Assembly: GCF_001194135.2 (NCBI RefSeq)
Contig: NC_068990.1
Span: 3,755,346-3,819,087, forward strand
Length of the DNA: 63,742 nt
Direction: 5' to 3'
Source: Octopus bimaculoides
Lineage: Eukaryota
This document shows positions 41,095-54,405 of the stretch, piece by piece; the first letter of the stretch is position 1; each line of letters begins with the position of its first letter. The notes under the pieces are model-generated. The model saw only the letters and a program-made list of their open reading frames with translations, was not told the DNA's origin and did not search any database. The position numbers and the translations under genes are program-made.

Positions 41095-41195
41095 CTGGCA
41101 AAAAAATTACATCCCAACCACATGAATCTGCGTACAGTCCCACTGCGTGGCATCTTAAGCATTTGTCTTCTATTGTAGCCTCAGAACGACGAAAA
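41095..41195 (+). mobile_element. Second SINE family fragment
   Basis: cccaaccacatg..cagtcccactgcgtggcatcttaagcatttgtcttctattgtagcctc; similar to 23123. Confidence 0.65.
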
Positions 41196-42210
41196 CCTTG
41201 ATTTCGGGTTCAATGGCACTGCTCTCGCTTTGGGCAAGTGTCTTCTACCAAAGCGAGAGGCTGATCAGTGACTTGTCAGTGAAACTGGTAGGCGAACAGT
41301 GTATGGAATGTCATCGTTTATTTGAGGGCGTGTGTGTGTTTGTCTCTCACCGCTTGTTAACCGAAATTAGTTTGTCTATTTCGCTGTAACCTAACTGTTA
41401 GGCGGAACGAGAACGATGAAATAAGTTTAAGATTTAAAATAAATAATGGAATTGCCCAAACACATTAAGGTAGTACAATGATTGAAGCAATGTAAAAGAA
41501 AAATATCTGGAAACAAAATGAAGCACACTCGAAAACCAACGTGTCTTCCGGTGGTAGATACACTGAAAGTTGCCCAGAAGCTACTTTAACGCAATTCAAA
41601 AATGTAATAGTAACTTTAGAGTTCACGAAATGAGAGGATTTGTTTTAGCTATTCAAGAAAATCTTAAAATAATCATAATATGAGGGGTTCGTAAAATTCT
41701 TGTCCTGCACGCTCATTCTAATAATAATCTTAACCCAGAGAATAAGACCATAAGCATTTTAGCTTTGGTTAACATGGAACTTTGCGAGATCTGCCATTCT
41801 CTAAGGCTTCAAACACAAAATCCTGGTTTGAATCTCAGCCAAATTGAGCCATGCCATCCAAACAATCAAACCAAGATAGATTTAATAATAGAACTTAATG
41901 GTCGGAGAAAGCATCTACGGACGCAATCACTTCTTTACAATGAATCTTTACAAATTAGGTATGGAATTGGAAGTTGACAGCACAATCTTCTGGTGGATGA
42001 AAATAACGTGATTTGCTATTTAAAATCGTGAGGAAATATACATAGGCCAAGAGCATTTCTCAAAACATTTTGAGATAATCGTTTATATAACAGACCGGTG
42101 AAAATATCGTTTTAATTTGATTTACTTTCTTATTTTTTCTATTGTTCGCCCTGCCATTATCAATCAATTGATTGGTATAAAGATACAATGACGAAAAAGA
42201 GTTTTCTGAA

Positions 42211-42285
42211 ATTTTGAATGAGCATGTTTTAATCGATTTTGAATGAGCATGTTTTAATCGATTTTGAATGGGCATGTTTCAATCG
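42211..42285. repeat. Tandem repeat, 3 x 25 bp
   Basis: attttgaatgagcatgttttaatcg twice exactly, plus attttgaatgggcatgtttcaatcg. Confidence 0.95.
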
Positions 42286-42479
42286 ATAAATTCAAACCAA
42301 TGGGTTTATTATTTGTCCTTAAACCAGTAAGGTAATAATAGAAGATACGAAGAGGCGTAACAAATTGTTACGAGGCATTTTGTAAGGTTCACTGATACTA
42401 ATGATAAATTCCCAATGTAGAGATTTGCTATTACCATCGATATTACTTAACAGAAACTGTCTTATCCGTTTCTAGGTGG

Positions 42480-43220
42480 AATTGGACGTAGTTCGGTGTT
42501 ATTTCGTTTAAATTTCTTTCCTTGTAAAAGTTTGGACAGAACATTTCCATAGTAATTTATGCAGAAAGTACGTTCAGGCATAAAATCTTTCTGGTATGAA
42601 GATAACTTTCTAGCTTTGGGTTTAATATCTAATGTTTTGTTCCAGTTAAATCTTATGTATGTTACAATAATCTTCCACTATTTCTTTGCACAAGCGGCTT
42701 CCATTTCTGAAGTATTCGATGCAATTAGCATGTCTTCGGCTGTGAATGCAAACATCACTTTCTTTGTTCATCCATGCTGTGCAGTAAAAATTTAAGAGAT
42801 AAAAGCTGCCCAAGGCTAATGGGGCCAACTGGTGAACCAAATTGTTCCGATAGGTCACTATTTACACTAATCGATGAGCAGATGTCTGTATAATTTAGTC
42901 TTCCTGCTACTGAAATCACTGAGCTTAGCACACACTCCAGCTACCGGTGGTCAACGATATCGAAAGCTTTCTACTGTTCAGAATATCATAAATTCAGTTC
43001 TATATACAACCTTCTCTATAATGCTTCACATGATGTAGAGGATGTTTTCATAGGATCTACTCGGATGCAAACTAACAGAGACAAAATCCAAACTATTGTT
43101 AGAGCTTTAAGTAAATTCTTGATCCATTCATTTAGCAGAATTAGGAAGGACAGTGTCCTTCCTAAGCAACAACATCATGCCCTATATCAATATCCTCAGC
43201 CTGCCGCTGGCTACGATACG
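42480..43220 (-). mobile_element. Tx1/L1-like LINE reverse transcriptase remnant
   Basis: Collinear minus-strand motifs: GMMLLLRKD, LILLNEWIKNLLK (ITLLN...KIL.K), PSRSYENILYIM*SIIEKV, KAFDIVDHR, SISVNSDLSEQF, AFTAEDMLI (decayed YADD). Confidence 0.72.
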
Positions 43221-43544
43221 CATTAACCTTGACACAAACATGGACATTTAAAAAATATGTGAAGTGCGATAAGGCAAACAGTCGATTCCTTCGAGGATTC
43301 TGTATCAGCCTCAAATGTTTGATTAGTATTTTTGCATTACGTCATTTTTGGCTCATATATACTTTAAGGACATACACGTCGATGAGATTACAATTGAATA
43401 TCATGCACGCATTTCAGTTCACTAAGAACCTTATATCAGCTTTATTTCCCTATGTTTCTGTCAATCGAATGATTTCAATAATATACTTCACTTATGTCTT
43501 AGATATGAGTCTTAAGCACCATGTCAGGCTATATTCAGACGTTG

Positions 43545-43765
43545 TACTGGTATAACGATAGCACACCGGGCGAAATGCTTAGCGGTATTTCGTCAGCCTC
43601 TACCTTCTGAGTTCAAATTCCGCCAAGGTAGACTTTGCCTTTCATCCTTTCGGGGTCGATAAATTACGTACCAGTTACGCACTGGGGTCGATGTAATCGA
43701 CTTAATCCCTTTGTCTGTCCTTGTTTGTCCATTCTATGTTTAGCCCCTTGTGGGCAATAAAGAAT
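43545..43765 (+). mobile_element. Major SINE, young copy with tail type 1
   Basis: ccgggcgaaatgcttagcggtatttcgtc..ttctgagttcaaattccgccaagg..ttaatccctttgtctgtccttgtttgtcc..agccccttgtgggcaataaagaa. Confidence 0.93.
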
Positions 43766-44508
43766 TGGATATCTTTCCCACACCTTCTAATCTATGAACT
43801 ATCCTTCATCTCTAAATAGCTCTTAATCAATCGCTATCTAGCTTTTATATTTCAGAAAGCATTTAATATTCATAATAATCGCCACCAAAATTCATTTAGC
43901 TGGCTCTCTAGTTCGGTCGCTCTAAACCCTGATAGAGACAGCCTATGACGTAACGCACCCGAGTAGTAACCATCATATATTTTTGTATATCAAAATACTA
44001 TACTAATTGATCTTTCCTTTCTAACATGGTGGTGGTGGTGGTGTGTGTATGTGTGTGTGTGTGTGTGTGTGAGCGAGAGAGAAATTTGACTATTTCTCGA
44101 ACGTCGAGCGATGAGTAGAAGTTTCTTCTTTGGTTCATGATAGTTCTGCTGTTAATATTGGTAAAATTGTTACTATACCCATAGAACTGTTATCATCATC
44201 AATGTTTCCGTCTTCTCCTCAGTCGCCTTCTCCATCGAAGAAGGGAGTAGCGTAACAATTCCCGACATCACCTCTTTGAAAGTTGTTTCTATCGTGGTGG
44301 CATAAACAAATAATTTACAAAATCTCTTCAGAAAATGTGTTCTCTTAAATGCAGAAGATACATAGCAATTCCTATTACTTGATGGTAAAATAAACACAAT
44401 AAATCAAGCTTGTGTGATAGGAAACAAATATAGTAACTCATCAAACAAGAGTATATTCAAGATACATCTTTTTTTCTACGGTAAAATCTAAGAACAGGAA
44501 TGAAGATG

Positions 44509-44571
<63 letters not shown>

Positions 44572-45819
44572 GTCATAGTTTGCTTTGCTGTATCATAATT
44601 CATACATGCATTTTCGTGTCTTTTTATGGCGTTTCTTTCCTCCTTTTTACTCCATCAAATCTTCAGTTTCATATTGGCCAAATAGTTATTGCAAAGACGC
44701 CAAGTAAGTCTTGTTGGTTGGAACAGATATTTTAAAGTAGGATATTGCAGAAACGCATCAGTTCTTTGAAAAGTGCTGACAAGTAGGATAGATTGCAAAT
44801 GTTTCTATTAAATCAATAACGGTTTTGAAAACCTGATTTACAGACAGTAAGCAAATGTTCATCATATCTCACAATTGATCGTATTAGTCAATACCAACAT
44901 CACTATATCTTCCTTTGATATTGCCGCTCACTGCTAGAGCATAAAATATAGAAATTCAACATTGAATATTTGATGAAACGCACTATTCGACTGATATATG
45001 TTATATTGAACTTTTAAGTGAAAGGAAAATATGTAAAATTCTATATTTGTTTTGTTTTATTGTTTTGTTGTATCAGACTTACATTTTGTGTTGTTATAAA
45101 ATATTATAGTGGGCGAAGATTGGCGGAATAAGGAAAGCGTCAGATAAAATACCTTGTGATATTTAGTTACATCTCCTCATGTTCTGAGTACCAATCCAGT
45201 CGGGATCAAAGATGTCCTTCCAGGTTCGATAAAACAATAAGTCAAGTTGTTGGTGTTAAAACTTAGAAACATTGGAGGGAACCTAAAGTAATGTATATTT
45301 AGAACTGTGGATATCGATGCAAACAAAACTATAAATGATAAATATTCGAAGGTTACTTCACATTGTATCCGCCTCCTAAATCTTAGTCCCAGCGCCATTC
45401 CAGTGCTCGGTGGCTATGACAAAGGAACTTATATAGTGAACGTGGTTGAAAGGCTGAGAACATAGCTTGTGATTTCGCACCAGGACTTTAACAGCTTCTA
45501 CAATTACCACCTGAACAGGGAGGAAAAGGTAATAAGAGAGCTGCTGCACCTCAGTAACTTTGGTGTACCTAAATGGGCCAACGCTAAATGTGCAATTATG
45601 CAGTTTTCATATGGGAGCACGACTTGGGAGAGTCCGTTTGACATTAAAGTTTCAGTATTATCCGTGTTAATAAGTGAATACGCAAAATTACCTTATACAT
45701 TGTGCCCCCATTTTCGGAATAGTTACACGTTATTTTGTTCTGTATTGTGATTTCTATTGATCCTATTTCTTGATTGTGTCTTCAAAACTAATGTTGATAT
45801 GATTAATTAGCGATACTAA

Positions 45820-46010
45820 GGCGACGAGCTGGCAGAATCGTTAGCACGCCAGGAAAAATGCTAAGCAGCATTTAGTTCGGCATTACGTTCTGAATCCCAT
45901 TTCCGCTGACATCGACTTGGCTTTTCATCCTTTCAGCACTAGGGTGGATGTAATCGACTTAACCCCCACGCACCCCAAAATTACTACTGTCTACCAAACA
46001 GTTTGAAACT
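45820..46010 (+). mobile_element. Major SINE
   Basis: ggcgacgagctggcagaatcgttagcacgccagg..atcgacttggcttttcatcctttc. Confidence 0.82.
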
Positions 46011-46800
46011 AATATTATAATGCTGTGCTGGTCGATCTAAATTCGCCACTATTTCTTGTTTGGAGCTCTTTTTTGTATTTTTCTTTTGTATGATCCTTAA
46101 GGTCTTCGATGCTTGTGACCAATTAAGGAAAAATCATTGTCATAGAGTGCAGTAGAAGTCGATGGTGAACTTAGAGAATAGCCAAAGTGTTGGGAAAATG
46201 CGTTGTACTATTTCTTTTGAGTTTTTAAATTCACAGATCAAATCCTGCCGTGGTCGAATTTACCTTTTATCTCCTGCCCCCGGATGATTAAAACAAAATA
46301 TCAATTAAGTACAGGGGTTGATGTAACCGACAACTTTCCTGTCCACTTTACCAGGGTTGGAGACCGTATAAAAATACTACGAGCGCTTCACTTTTCTCCT
46401 CTCATTAAATCACACGCAATATCGTCTGCTAACCATATTTAAGAAGAGTGTCGTTGGCAGTCTCAGACCCAAGAGATAGTCGGGATCTGCCAAGCTAAGT
46501 TTTTGTAGAAGAACTTCATAAAAGTAAAATTCTCAGTGGTACTGTTACGCAAGTCAATAAATTCGAATACAAATGCTGGAGATATTTGGCCTTGTAATGC
46601 CGATGAATGGAGCAAAAATGTAATAAAAGACAAAAAATTTCCTTAGAAATAATATGTTCAAATGGTTCATCCCCAATATGTGCCTGGTACGTATTTTATC
46701 GATTCAAGATTTTATCTCCTTAAACAAAATTTGGTATCAAGTAAAAAATTAAGATTAGGCATGTTGTTATACAGTCTATCGTATAGAAGACGATATTATA

Positions 46801-47012
46801 CAGGGTGTCCACAAAGTCTGGGGACATGACGATTAACATATGCTTTAAGAAATTATTATTTCTCATATTTAATTTTTTATGTTATGATTTTATTTACTTC
46901 ATGTACCCATATGGGGATTAACACATACTTTAAGAAATTATTATTTTTTATATTTAATTGTTTATGTTATGATTTTATTTACTTCATGTACCCAGTCTTT
47001 GTGGACACCCTG
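46801..47012. mobile_element. Tc1/mariner-type MITE with TA target-site duplication and an internal tandem duplication
   Basis: TA|CAGGGTGTCCACAAAGTCTGGG ... CCCAGTCTTTGTGGACACCCTG|TA (22-bp TIR, 1 mismatch). The roughly 80-bp core is present twice. Confidence 0.93.
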
Positions 47013-47470
47013 TATATTTGTAGATATGACTATACCCAGATAATGTTAGTTAACCTTAGATGATATCTGATCAGACACACCTATGATCAAAAGATATTGC
47101 GAGCATGGGTAATCTGTCATTTGTCTCAGATTCCGCCTCCTAGAGTCATTCTTATCTGAAATGGTAAAGTGTGATTTGAACGAGCAGTTTTCAGTGGAGG
47201 AAGTTTCATTACATAAACCCAAACCCTAAAGTAGTACTTACTTTATCGACCGCGAAATAATTAAGGACACAGCTGACCTCGTCGGGATTCGAAGTGAGAA
47301 CACGAGGAGTAGGAATTGATATTACACAAGTGCATTTTAACTGACGTTCTAACGATTCTATTATTAAACGAATGAGACAAGAATGAAGAGAAATGCGAAG
47401 AGGAAAAAAAGTGACAATGAAAACGTGAAGAAATACGCTGGAGAGAATGGAAGAAATTTTGAGGAAGGGA

Positions 47471-47569
47471 GAAGAAGAAGAAGAAGAAGAAGAAGAAGAA
47501 GAAGAAGAAGAAGAAGAAGAAGAAGAAGAAGAAGAAGAAGAAGAAGAAGAAGAAGAAGAAGAAGAAGAA
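47471..47569. repeat. (GAA)33 microsatellite
   Basis: 99-nt uninterrupted GAA run. Confidence 0.97.
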
Positions 47570-48067
47570 TGGAGAATGGGATGAAAGGGAGAGAGAAAGG
47601 ATAGAGGAGAAATCCAAGGAAGAAATTAAAAATAATAAGGAGGGAGAGGAAGGGTCTAGGAGGAGGGTGTGGGAGGTGGGATGTGAGAGGAGGTGGGGTG
47701 TGAGAGGAGGTGGGGTGTGAGAGGAGGAGGAAGGGAGGAGGAAAATGACAAAGAACGTTAAAGAATATCTAATACTGGAAAATAGAACATATATCAAGTA
47801 CAAAAAGTTTTCTTCTACGTTTTGGAATTATTTGAATGTTTCCATCCAAAGAATTGTTCCAGCAACAATATTTTACAGTTGGTTGGCTTCCCTAATGGTC
47901 AATGAGTACGATGCCATTTTACCTTTATAACTTTGGCTGCTCAGAAAGCTTAATTCTTCTAATCTTCAATGGTCTATACTGAGAAAGGAAACTACTATAT
48001 TTGCCCTCAGAAATTCTTCGCTGTGTATAGAACTGGAAAATTTATTATTACATAATTATTATTATTA

Positions 48068-48135
<68 letters not shown>

Positions 48136-48349
48136 GTTCAGTAGTTTTATTTTTATAACGTGCTTTCACTTCACTACCGAGCGCAGCTCTGTGCGCCTTG
48201 GGTATGTGCTGTGGTTTGCTGTGATACTCTTATGGTTACTGTATTGAAACAGTTTTGCGTAGGATGTATGCAGTGCCCAATAGTGCAATTTTCTGTATGT
48301 TATATATATTTGTAAGTCCTGATGTTTTTGTTATGTATTTGTCTGAATA

Positions 48350-48351
<2 letters not shown>
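48136..48351 (-). mobile_element. 5'-truncated Dong/R4 LINE 3' end within (TAA)n
   Basis: Minus: YSDKYITKTSGLTNIYNIQKIALLGTAYILRKTVSIQ*, then 3'UTR, then (AAT)n. (ATT)n on both flanks. Confidence 0.9.
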
Positions 48352-48395
<44 letters not shown>

Positions 48396-48448
48396 TGGAC
48401 TGCTGGCGTTCTCGAAGGGCATGATGAATAATGTTAAGAAAATAGTTA

Positions 48449-48667
48449 CAGTAATCCCTCGCCATTTCGCGGTTCACCTACCACGGTTTATTATTTTAAG
48501 CTTACGTTGATTCCTCCGTGGTGTTGTTTTGCATTTATAATAAAATAAATATATACAAATTATAAAAATAATTAAAAAAAATATACGATACTGTTTCTAC
48601 TTCGCGGATTTTCACCTATCACGGGGTTTTTTGGAACGTAACACCCGCGATAGTCGAGGGATTACTG
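48449..48667. mobile_element. Tigger/pogo-like MITE
   Basis: TA|CAGTAATCCCTCGCC..CGCGG ... CCCGCGATAGTCGAGGGATTACTG|CA. TIRs begin CAGT; AT-rich interior. Confidence 0.82.
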
Positions 48668-48789
48668 CATTGTTGTTTTATTGTCCGTGATCAGTTCTTA
48701 ACTGAGTAGATAATATTATCAACTTCCATCTCCTCTGGGCCATTAAGGTAAAGTGGCAGTCAATTACTAGGAACCTCAGTATTAATTGT

Positions 48790-49163
48790 GGAGGTGCAAT
48801 GGCCTAGTGGTTAGGGCAGCGGACTCGCAGTCATAGGATCGCGGTTTCAATTCCCAGACCGGTTGTTGTGAGTGTTTATTGAGTGAAAACACCTAAAGCT
48901 CCACGAGGCTCCAGCTTTACTCTTCCACCCTGCTTTACTCTTCCACCACGACTTTCTCTCACTCTTTCTTCCTGTTTCTGTTGTACCTGTATTTCAAAGG
49001 GCCAGCCTTGTCACACTGTGACACATTCAATATCCCCGAGAACTACGTTAAAGGTGCACGTGTCTGTGGAATGCTCAGCCACTTGCAAGTTAATTTCACG
49101 AGCAGGCTGTTCCGTTGATCGGATCAACTGGAACCCTCGACGTCGTAAGCGACGGAGTGCCAA
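48790..49163 (+). mobile_element. Third SINE family, near full length, with a tRNA-like head
   Basis: A-box TGGCCTAGTGG and B-box GGTTTCAATTCC are followed by about 300 bp of non-tRNA body; the tail resembles 53400-53500. Confidence 0.85.
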
Positions 49164-49582
49164 CACACATAATATTAATTAATCCATTCACCTCAAATCA
49201 GCTGACCTTATACCTAAATCAGAAACAATTAAAGAAAGCGAACTGACAGAACCATTACTGCATCAGACAGATTACTTAGCGGGGTTTTTTTTCTTTTCTT
49301 TTTCTTACGGTTGTTTACATGCTGAGTACAAATCACACAGAGGTCAACTTTGCTTTTTATCTTTTCAAAGTCGAGAAAAATAAAGTACCAGACAAATGTG
49401 TTACTTTCCTCGAATTTGGTGTACAGCACTGTTGCTTTGTTTTATCCACACCAGACGGACGAAGGGCAAAGTTGACTTTAGAGTCTTTCATTAAAATCTA
49501 CTACATAGAGACGGCTTTTATACGACATGCGACACTAGTTATGGGTGTGTATGTAGATATATACATACATATATATATATTT

Positions 49583-49622
<40 letters not shown>

Positions 49623-49625
49623 TTA

Positions 49626-49718
49626 CAGGGTGTCCACAAAGTCTGGGTACATGAGGATTAACACATACTTTAAGAAATTATTATTTCTTATATTTAATTG
49701 TTTATGATTTTATTTACA
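49626..49718 (+). mobile_element. Truncated copy of the 46801 MITE (left TIR plus one core)
   Basis: TA|cagggtgtccacaaagtctgggtacatgaggattaacacatactttaagaaattattatt. Confidence 0.9.
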
Positions 49719-49982
49719 TACAAACACAGTGAGTTACAAGAACAGTACAAAACGTCGGGTTCAAGAGCACCAGCAACAGCAACGGGGTAGGGAAAGGGCT
49801 GAGAGGAAGGGTCATAGTGCTACTAAGAACAATGACACATACACACACAAACACAGGTGCATGCGCATGTAAGGATACACATCAAAGAAGAACTGCATGG
49901 AATAAGCAGGGAAAGGGCACACACGAAGACGCAGTGTCGCTTTTAAATCCGATTGCCTGACTTTGTCTGTGTGCACAGGCAC

Positions 49983-50045
<63 letters not shown>

Positions 50046-50058
50046 GGAGAGAGGGAGA

Positions 50059-50102
<44 letters not shown>

Positions 50103-51064
50103 CAATGTGTATTAACAGTTGGTCACCTGAATTGATTTCATAAAGTGAACTTTGTGTAACACAACTCTTTCTCAGTAGATTAGGTACAACAAGGAACTGA
50201 ACATACGCTATTCTTATACGATTCGTTGCAGTCAACTACACTCTACTTTACTTCTCTGTCCAAATATGTACAAGGCATTAGGAAAGGGCTTAGACAAATA
50301 AAACTACCTAAGTACGTAACTTGTTTAGGAAACTTATCTAAATATGTTCTTTCAATATTACGTTGTTGAATACATCTTGTATAGACGTTAGTTATTCATT
50401 TGTGAATTAGCTTTCTTATAAATTCAATTTAAAATTTCATTTCAAATCCAGAACCATGCTTTTATTTCCATATACTGCAAAACCATTAAATCAAAGAAGT
50501 ATTATTTGATTACATTTTAAACTGAAATGTTAAACAATTGGTTGGTCATTAAAATACTCGTTTTATTTTAGTTTAATGAAGCTTAAGGAATGTTCATGTT
50601 TGCGTGTGTGAATGTGTGTTTGTAAGCTGGTATTACATTTGAATTCAGAATAACGTGTGGTTTTGAAGCAGAGGAAAAGGTTTCATAAAATAGTAAAATT
50701 CAATTAGAATACATTTGTATTAAGTTAGACATCGTGGCATTTAGAAAATTAATTTCATCCATTAAAACATAAGTCTGAATGAAACCAGTAACTTGGCTTA
50801 CATGTAAAAATAATACTCGCACAAATGATGCTTGGAGAATAACGAAAAGATGTTACTGAATGCACAGTAATTAACATTGATCGTTGTTTACTTATTAAAC
50901 TAACAATGCCATTTAATAAAAAAATACTGGATAAATACAAATAATATGTATACGGAAATCTTTTAGTAAAAGGTACGGTGTATAATGATACGAAATCGTA
51001 CTCCGTAGCAAATAAGGCGATAATGTTATATGTGAGTGTAAGACGGTGAGATGGTAGAATTAGA

Positions 51065-51375
51065 ATCATTAGCGGGTCGCGAAAAAGGCTTCACTGTATT
51101 TGTTCTGGCTTGACGTTCCGAGTTCAAATTTCGCCGAGGTCGACTTTGCCTTTCATCCTTTCGAGGTCAATATAATATGTTCCAGTTAAGTACATGTAAT
51201 CGACTAACCCCCGAAATAGCTGGCATTGCGTCAAACTTTGAAGCCACTATTATATATGAGTGCAAGACGGCGAACTGGTAGAATTGGTAGAGTGCCGGAC
51301 AAAGTGCTTAGCGACAGTTCGTCCGTCTTTACATTCTGAGATCAAATTCCGGCAGAATCGATTTTTCCTTCCCCT
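51065..51375 (+). mobile_element. Two adjacent major-SINE copies (51065-51245 and partial 51268-51375)
   Basis: gagttcaaatttcgccgaggtcgactttgcctttcatcctttcg; second head gacggcgaactggtagaattg. Confidence 0.8.
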
Positions 51376-51778
51376 ACCTCGAAATTGGCGACCCTGTTAC
51401 AATTTAGCAACTTGTGGCATTTTATTTGATAGCTAGTAATTAATGGGTTTTATTTTACAGACGATCCTCTGGGCAATTTGTTGGTTATTGTTTTGAAATA
51501 TTTTGCGCTGTTCTTACTTTTTCGTCGTTGCTTTCCTATTATTAACAAACGCACATACATTCATATATACATACATGCATACATACATATATGTATATGT
51601 ATGTATATGAGTGCGCTCAGAGATATGTACATATATACGTATGTATATANNNNNNNNNNNNNNNNNNNNNNNNNNNNNNNNNNNNNNNNNNNNNNNNNNN
51701 NNNNNNNNNNNNNNNNNNNNNNNNNNNNNNNNNNNNNNNNNNNNNNNNNNNNNNNNNNNNNNNNNNNNNNNNNNNNNT

Positions 51779-51995
51779 AAGGGGTACTGAAAAGTTCCTG
51801 CTTTTAAGGGTCCTCTGAAAGGCCTGGCTGGAGGCCCAACCTTCCGAGTTCTTTAACATGACTTAGAAATCCTGAAGAACAGCTGCAATAAGTGTGTGTA
51901 TCTGAGACGGGAATAGGTTGAATAAAATCATAGTTATCTGATCTTCCCGTATTTTTCTTTTATCTAAATCCAGGACCTTTTCAGCACGCTCTCGT
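51779..51995 (+). mobile_element. Mariner-derived MITE
   Basis: TIRs ggggtactgaaaagttcctg / caggaccttttcagcacgct. The interior encodes LKNSCNKCVYLRRE*VE*, the mariner C-terminal W.KC..L.G.YVE motif. Confidence 0.8.
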
Positions 51996-54005
51996 GTATG
52001 TATATATATATATATATATACATGTGTGTGTGAATACACATACATGTATGCGTGAGTATATAGAGAACAGTTTTTTTTTCTTACTAATTTGTTGTATTAA
52101 AAGCAGGGCTATTTTCACGTTTAATCTTTTCTTAAAGATCTCTGCTATTTTCTTAATAATCCTTTGTGTTTGGTTTGGAACATTAACGGTCTTCAGTCCA
52201 TTAGTCTGACGCTTCGAGACCTCCATAATTTCATTTCCATTTTAAACTGTTCCGATAACTCATTGACCACGCATTCTGCTTTTATTCGCAAACTATCCTG
52301 GTAATATATTTAAAAGTATTAAAATATTCTATGTTGAATTTGATATTAAATAAAATTGGTTGTTGGTAGATTTCATGGTATACATGTTTCAAATATTGTA
52401 TACCTCGGTGCTAAATATAGCTTTATTTATTAATAGAACTGCCATACTTAATCACCTCTTTTTGTGAAATTCTATATAAAATTCTAATACTGTTAACTAA
52501 TGTTTTTACTATCTGAGAATAATTTTCTTGTATTAAAGGCTACTTTTTCCAAAACTGTAGTTATTCCTGTAAATATGCTTTAAAAATGCACCTCTGATCA
52601 CAAATGGAGTCGTTGCACATAAATAATGTGTTTCATTCAGTGTAAATACATTGTTTTCTATCTATATATGGTTTTTTTTATGTATCTATCTGTGTTGATG
52701 TATCTTTTCATGTAAACGCTTGTGTGTAGCTGTGGCCTGTTTATACGTTTCACTGCATTTTTTGTGTATATATATATATGAAACTGTGTTTGGCGACGAA
52801 GGGCAGCGTATGAATATAAAGTAAAGTCAAGAAGTGTCTCATCGTAAACAATGTTTATAATACTGAATAAAGCAAACTTTGTTATTTTTTTCCATTTGTT
52901 TATTGCTTATACGTGATTTCTTTTTTATGCAAGTGTACGTTTGCGTGTCGATGTTCTGTACATGCCAAGTGTAGTTGTGTTTTTGAGCATATCTTATCAT
53001 ATCTATATTTTTGTGTATATTTTATCGTAATTGTTGTGAAGGTGTTTAACAACGATGAGTAGCGTCTGGATACAACATAGGCATACGTACTTTCAAATGT
53101 AATATTGTTATTATAAGACAGAACAAAATAGAAAATACGAACGTACAAACGCAAAATCTAAGTTACGGTAAACGGCTCAGCCGCATACATGGCTGACGGG
53201 CTAAAAGGTTCGTTGTGCAGTCATGATGTCTTCGGCTCATTGTCAATGCCTGATATCATGACTAGATACCTGTTGCCATAATAATGAGTCTAACCATGCA
53301 CGGTGAGTGGAAAAGGTGTGAACAACATTGAATGGGCTGCACCTGTAATTCAAACATTCAACCTATATCAAATTGAGTGACACTGATTCTACTTGTGAAT
53401 TAAGTTAATGGTACGCGTGTCAGTGGAATATAGAAACATTTACACATTCCTTAAACCCTAGGCTGCTCAGTTGATCGAACGACTGGATTCACACATATTG
53501 TTGACTCCACACATATTGTCGTGTTTATGTGTGTGTATATATATGTGTGTGTGTATGTTTGTATGTATGTATGTATACATAATATATATGTGTATATGTA
53601 TTTGTGTGTGTGTGTATCTCTGCATGTATGTATACATATAATATATGCATATATGTGTGTGTGTTTGTGTGCGCGCGCATATGTGTATGTGTTTGTGTAT
53701 ATGCGTGAGTGTATGCAGTTATCTACATATCTTTCTTGAAATATTAGGCAGAATTAAACTGTTGAAAAGAACATTTCAATCTGTATAATGAAATTCAGAA
53801 AAAGATAACTTGATAAATAAATAATAACTTGAAAAGTGTACACAAATAGATCAAATGAATGCAGAATCAACTCAGGCTTGAAAGATCGAATTATGTTTGT
53901 TAACAACAACAAATATAGTAATCTTACGAGCACAACCATAGGAACACATTAATTTTCTTACTATTATCATCATCATCATCATTATTATTATTACTACAAT
54001 TTTGA

Positions 54006-54200
54006 GGCTGGCAGAATCGTTAGCACGCCGGGTGAAATGCTTAGCGGTATTTCGGCCGCCGCTACGTTCTGAGTTCAAATTCCGCCGAGTTCGACTTTGC
54101 CTTTCATCCTTTCGAGGTCGATAAATTAAGTACTAATGCATCATTGGGGTCGATGTAATCGACTCATCCCCCTCCTCGAAAATGGCTACCCGTTTGGCAA
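54006..54200 (+). mobile_element. Major SINE, young copy
   Basis: Near-consensus head and body: ctggcagaatcgttagcacgccgggtgaaatgcttagcggtatttcg..gagttcaaattccgccgag. Confidence 0.93.
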
Positions 54201-54350
54201 AATTATTATTATTTTTATTATTATTATTATTATTACTGTTAGTTTTTCTTCCTTTAATTTTGTCTTTATTTCCTCTCGATTGTCTTCTCAACACCTAGGG
54301 CAAAGAAGCTCATTTTATTCTTCTTCTTCTTCGTCTTCTTCTTCTTCTTC

Positions 54351-54405
<55 letters not shown>

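Noticed and set aside
42211-42285. CRISPR-like short repeats
   Set aside because: The units are contiguous with no spacers, the context is eukaryotic, and there are no cas genes.
42894-43226. 110-codon stop-free + frame with a GIY-YIG-like LLY..FIGST motif
   Set aside because: It lies antisense to a recognisable Tx1/L1 RT remnant; the motif spacing is weak and other GIY-YIG residues are absent.
46445-46485. Hairpin ttggcag..ctgccaa as a pre-miRNA
   Set aside because: The stem is only about 14 bp, too short for Drosha/Dicer processing.
48790-48865. Possible tRNA gene
   Set aside because: It has A/B boxes but no clean cloverleaf, and it continues into a SINE body.
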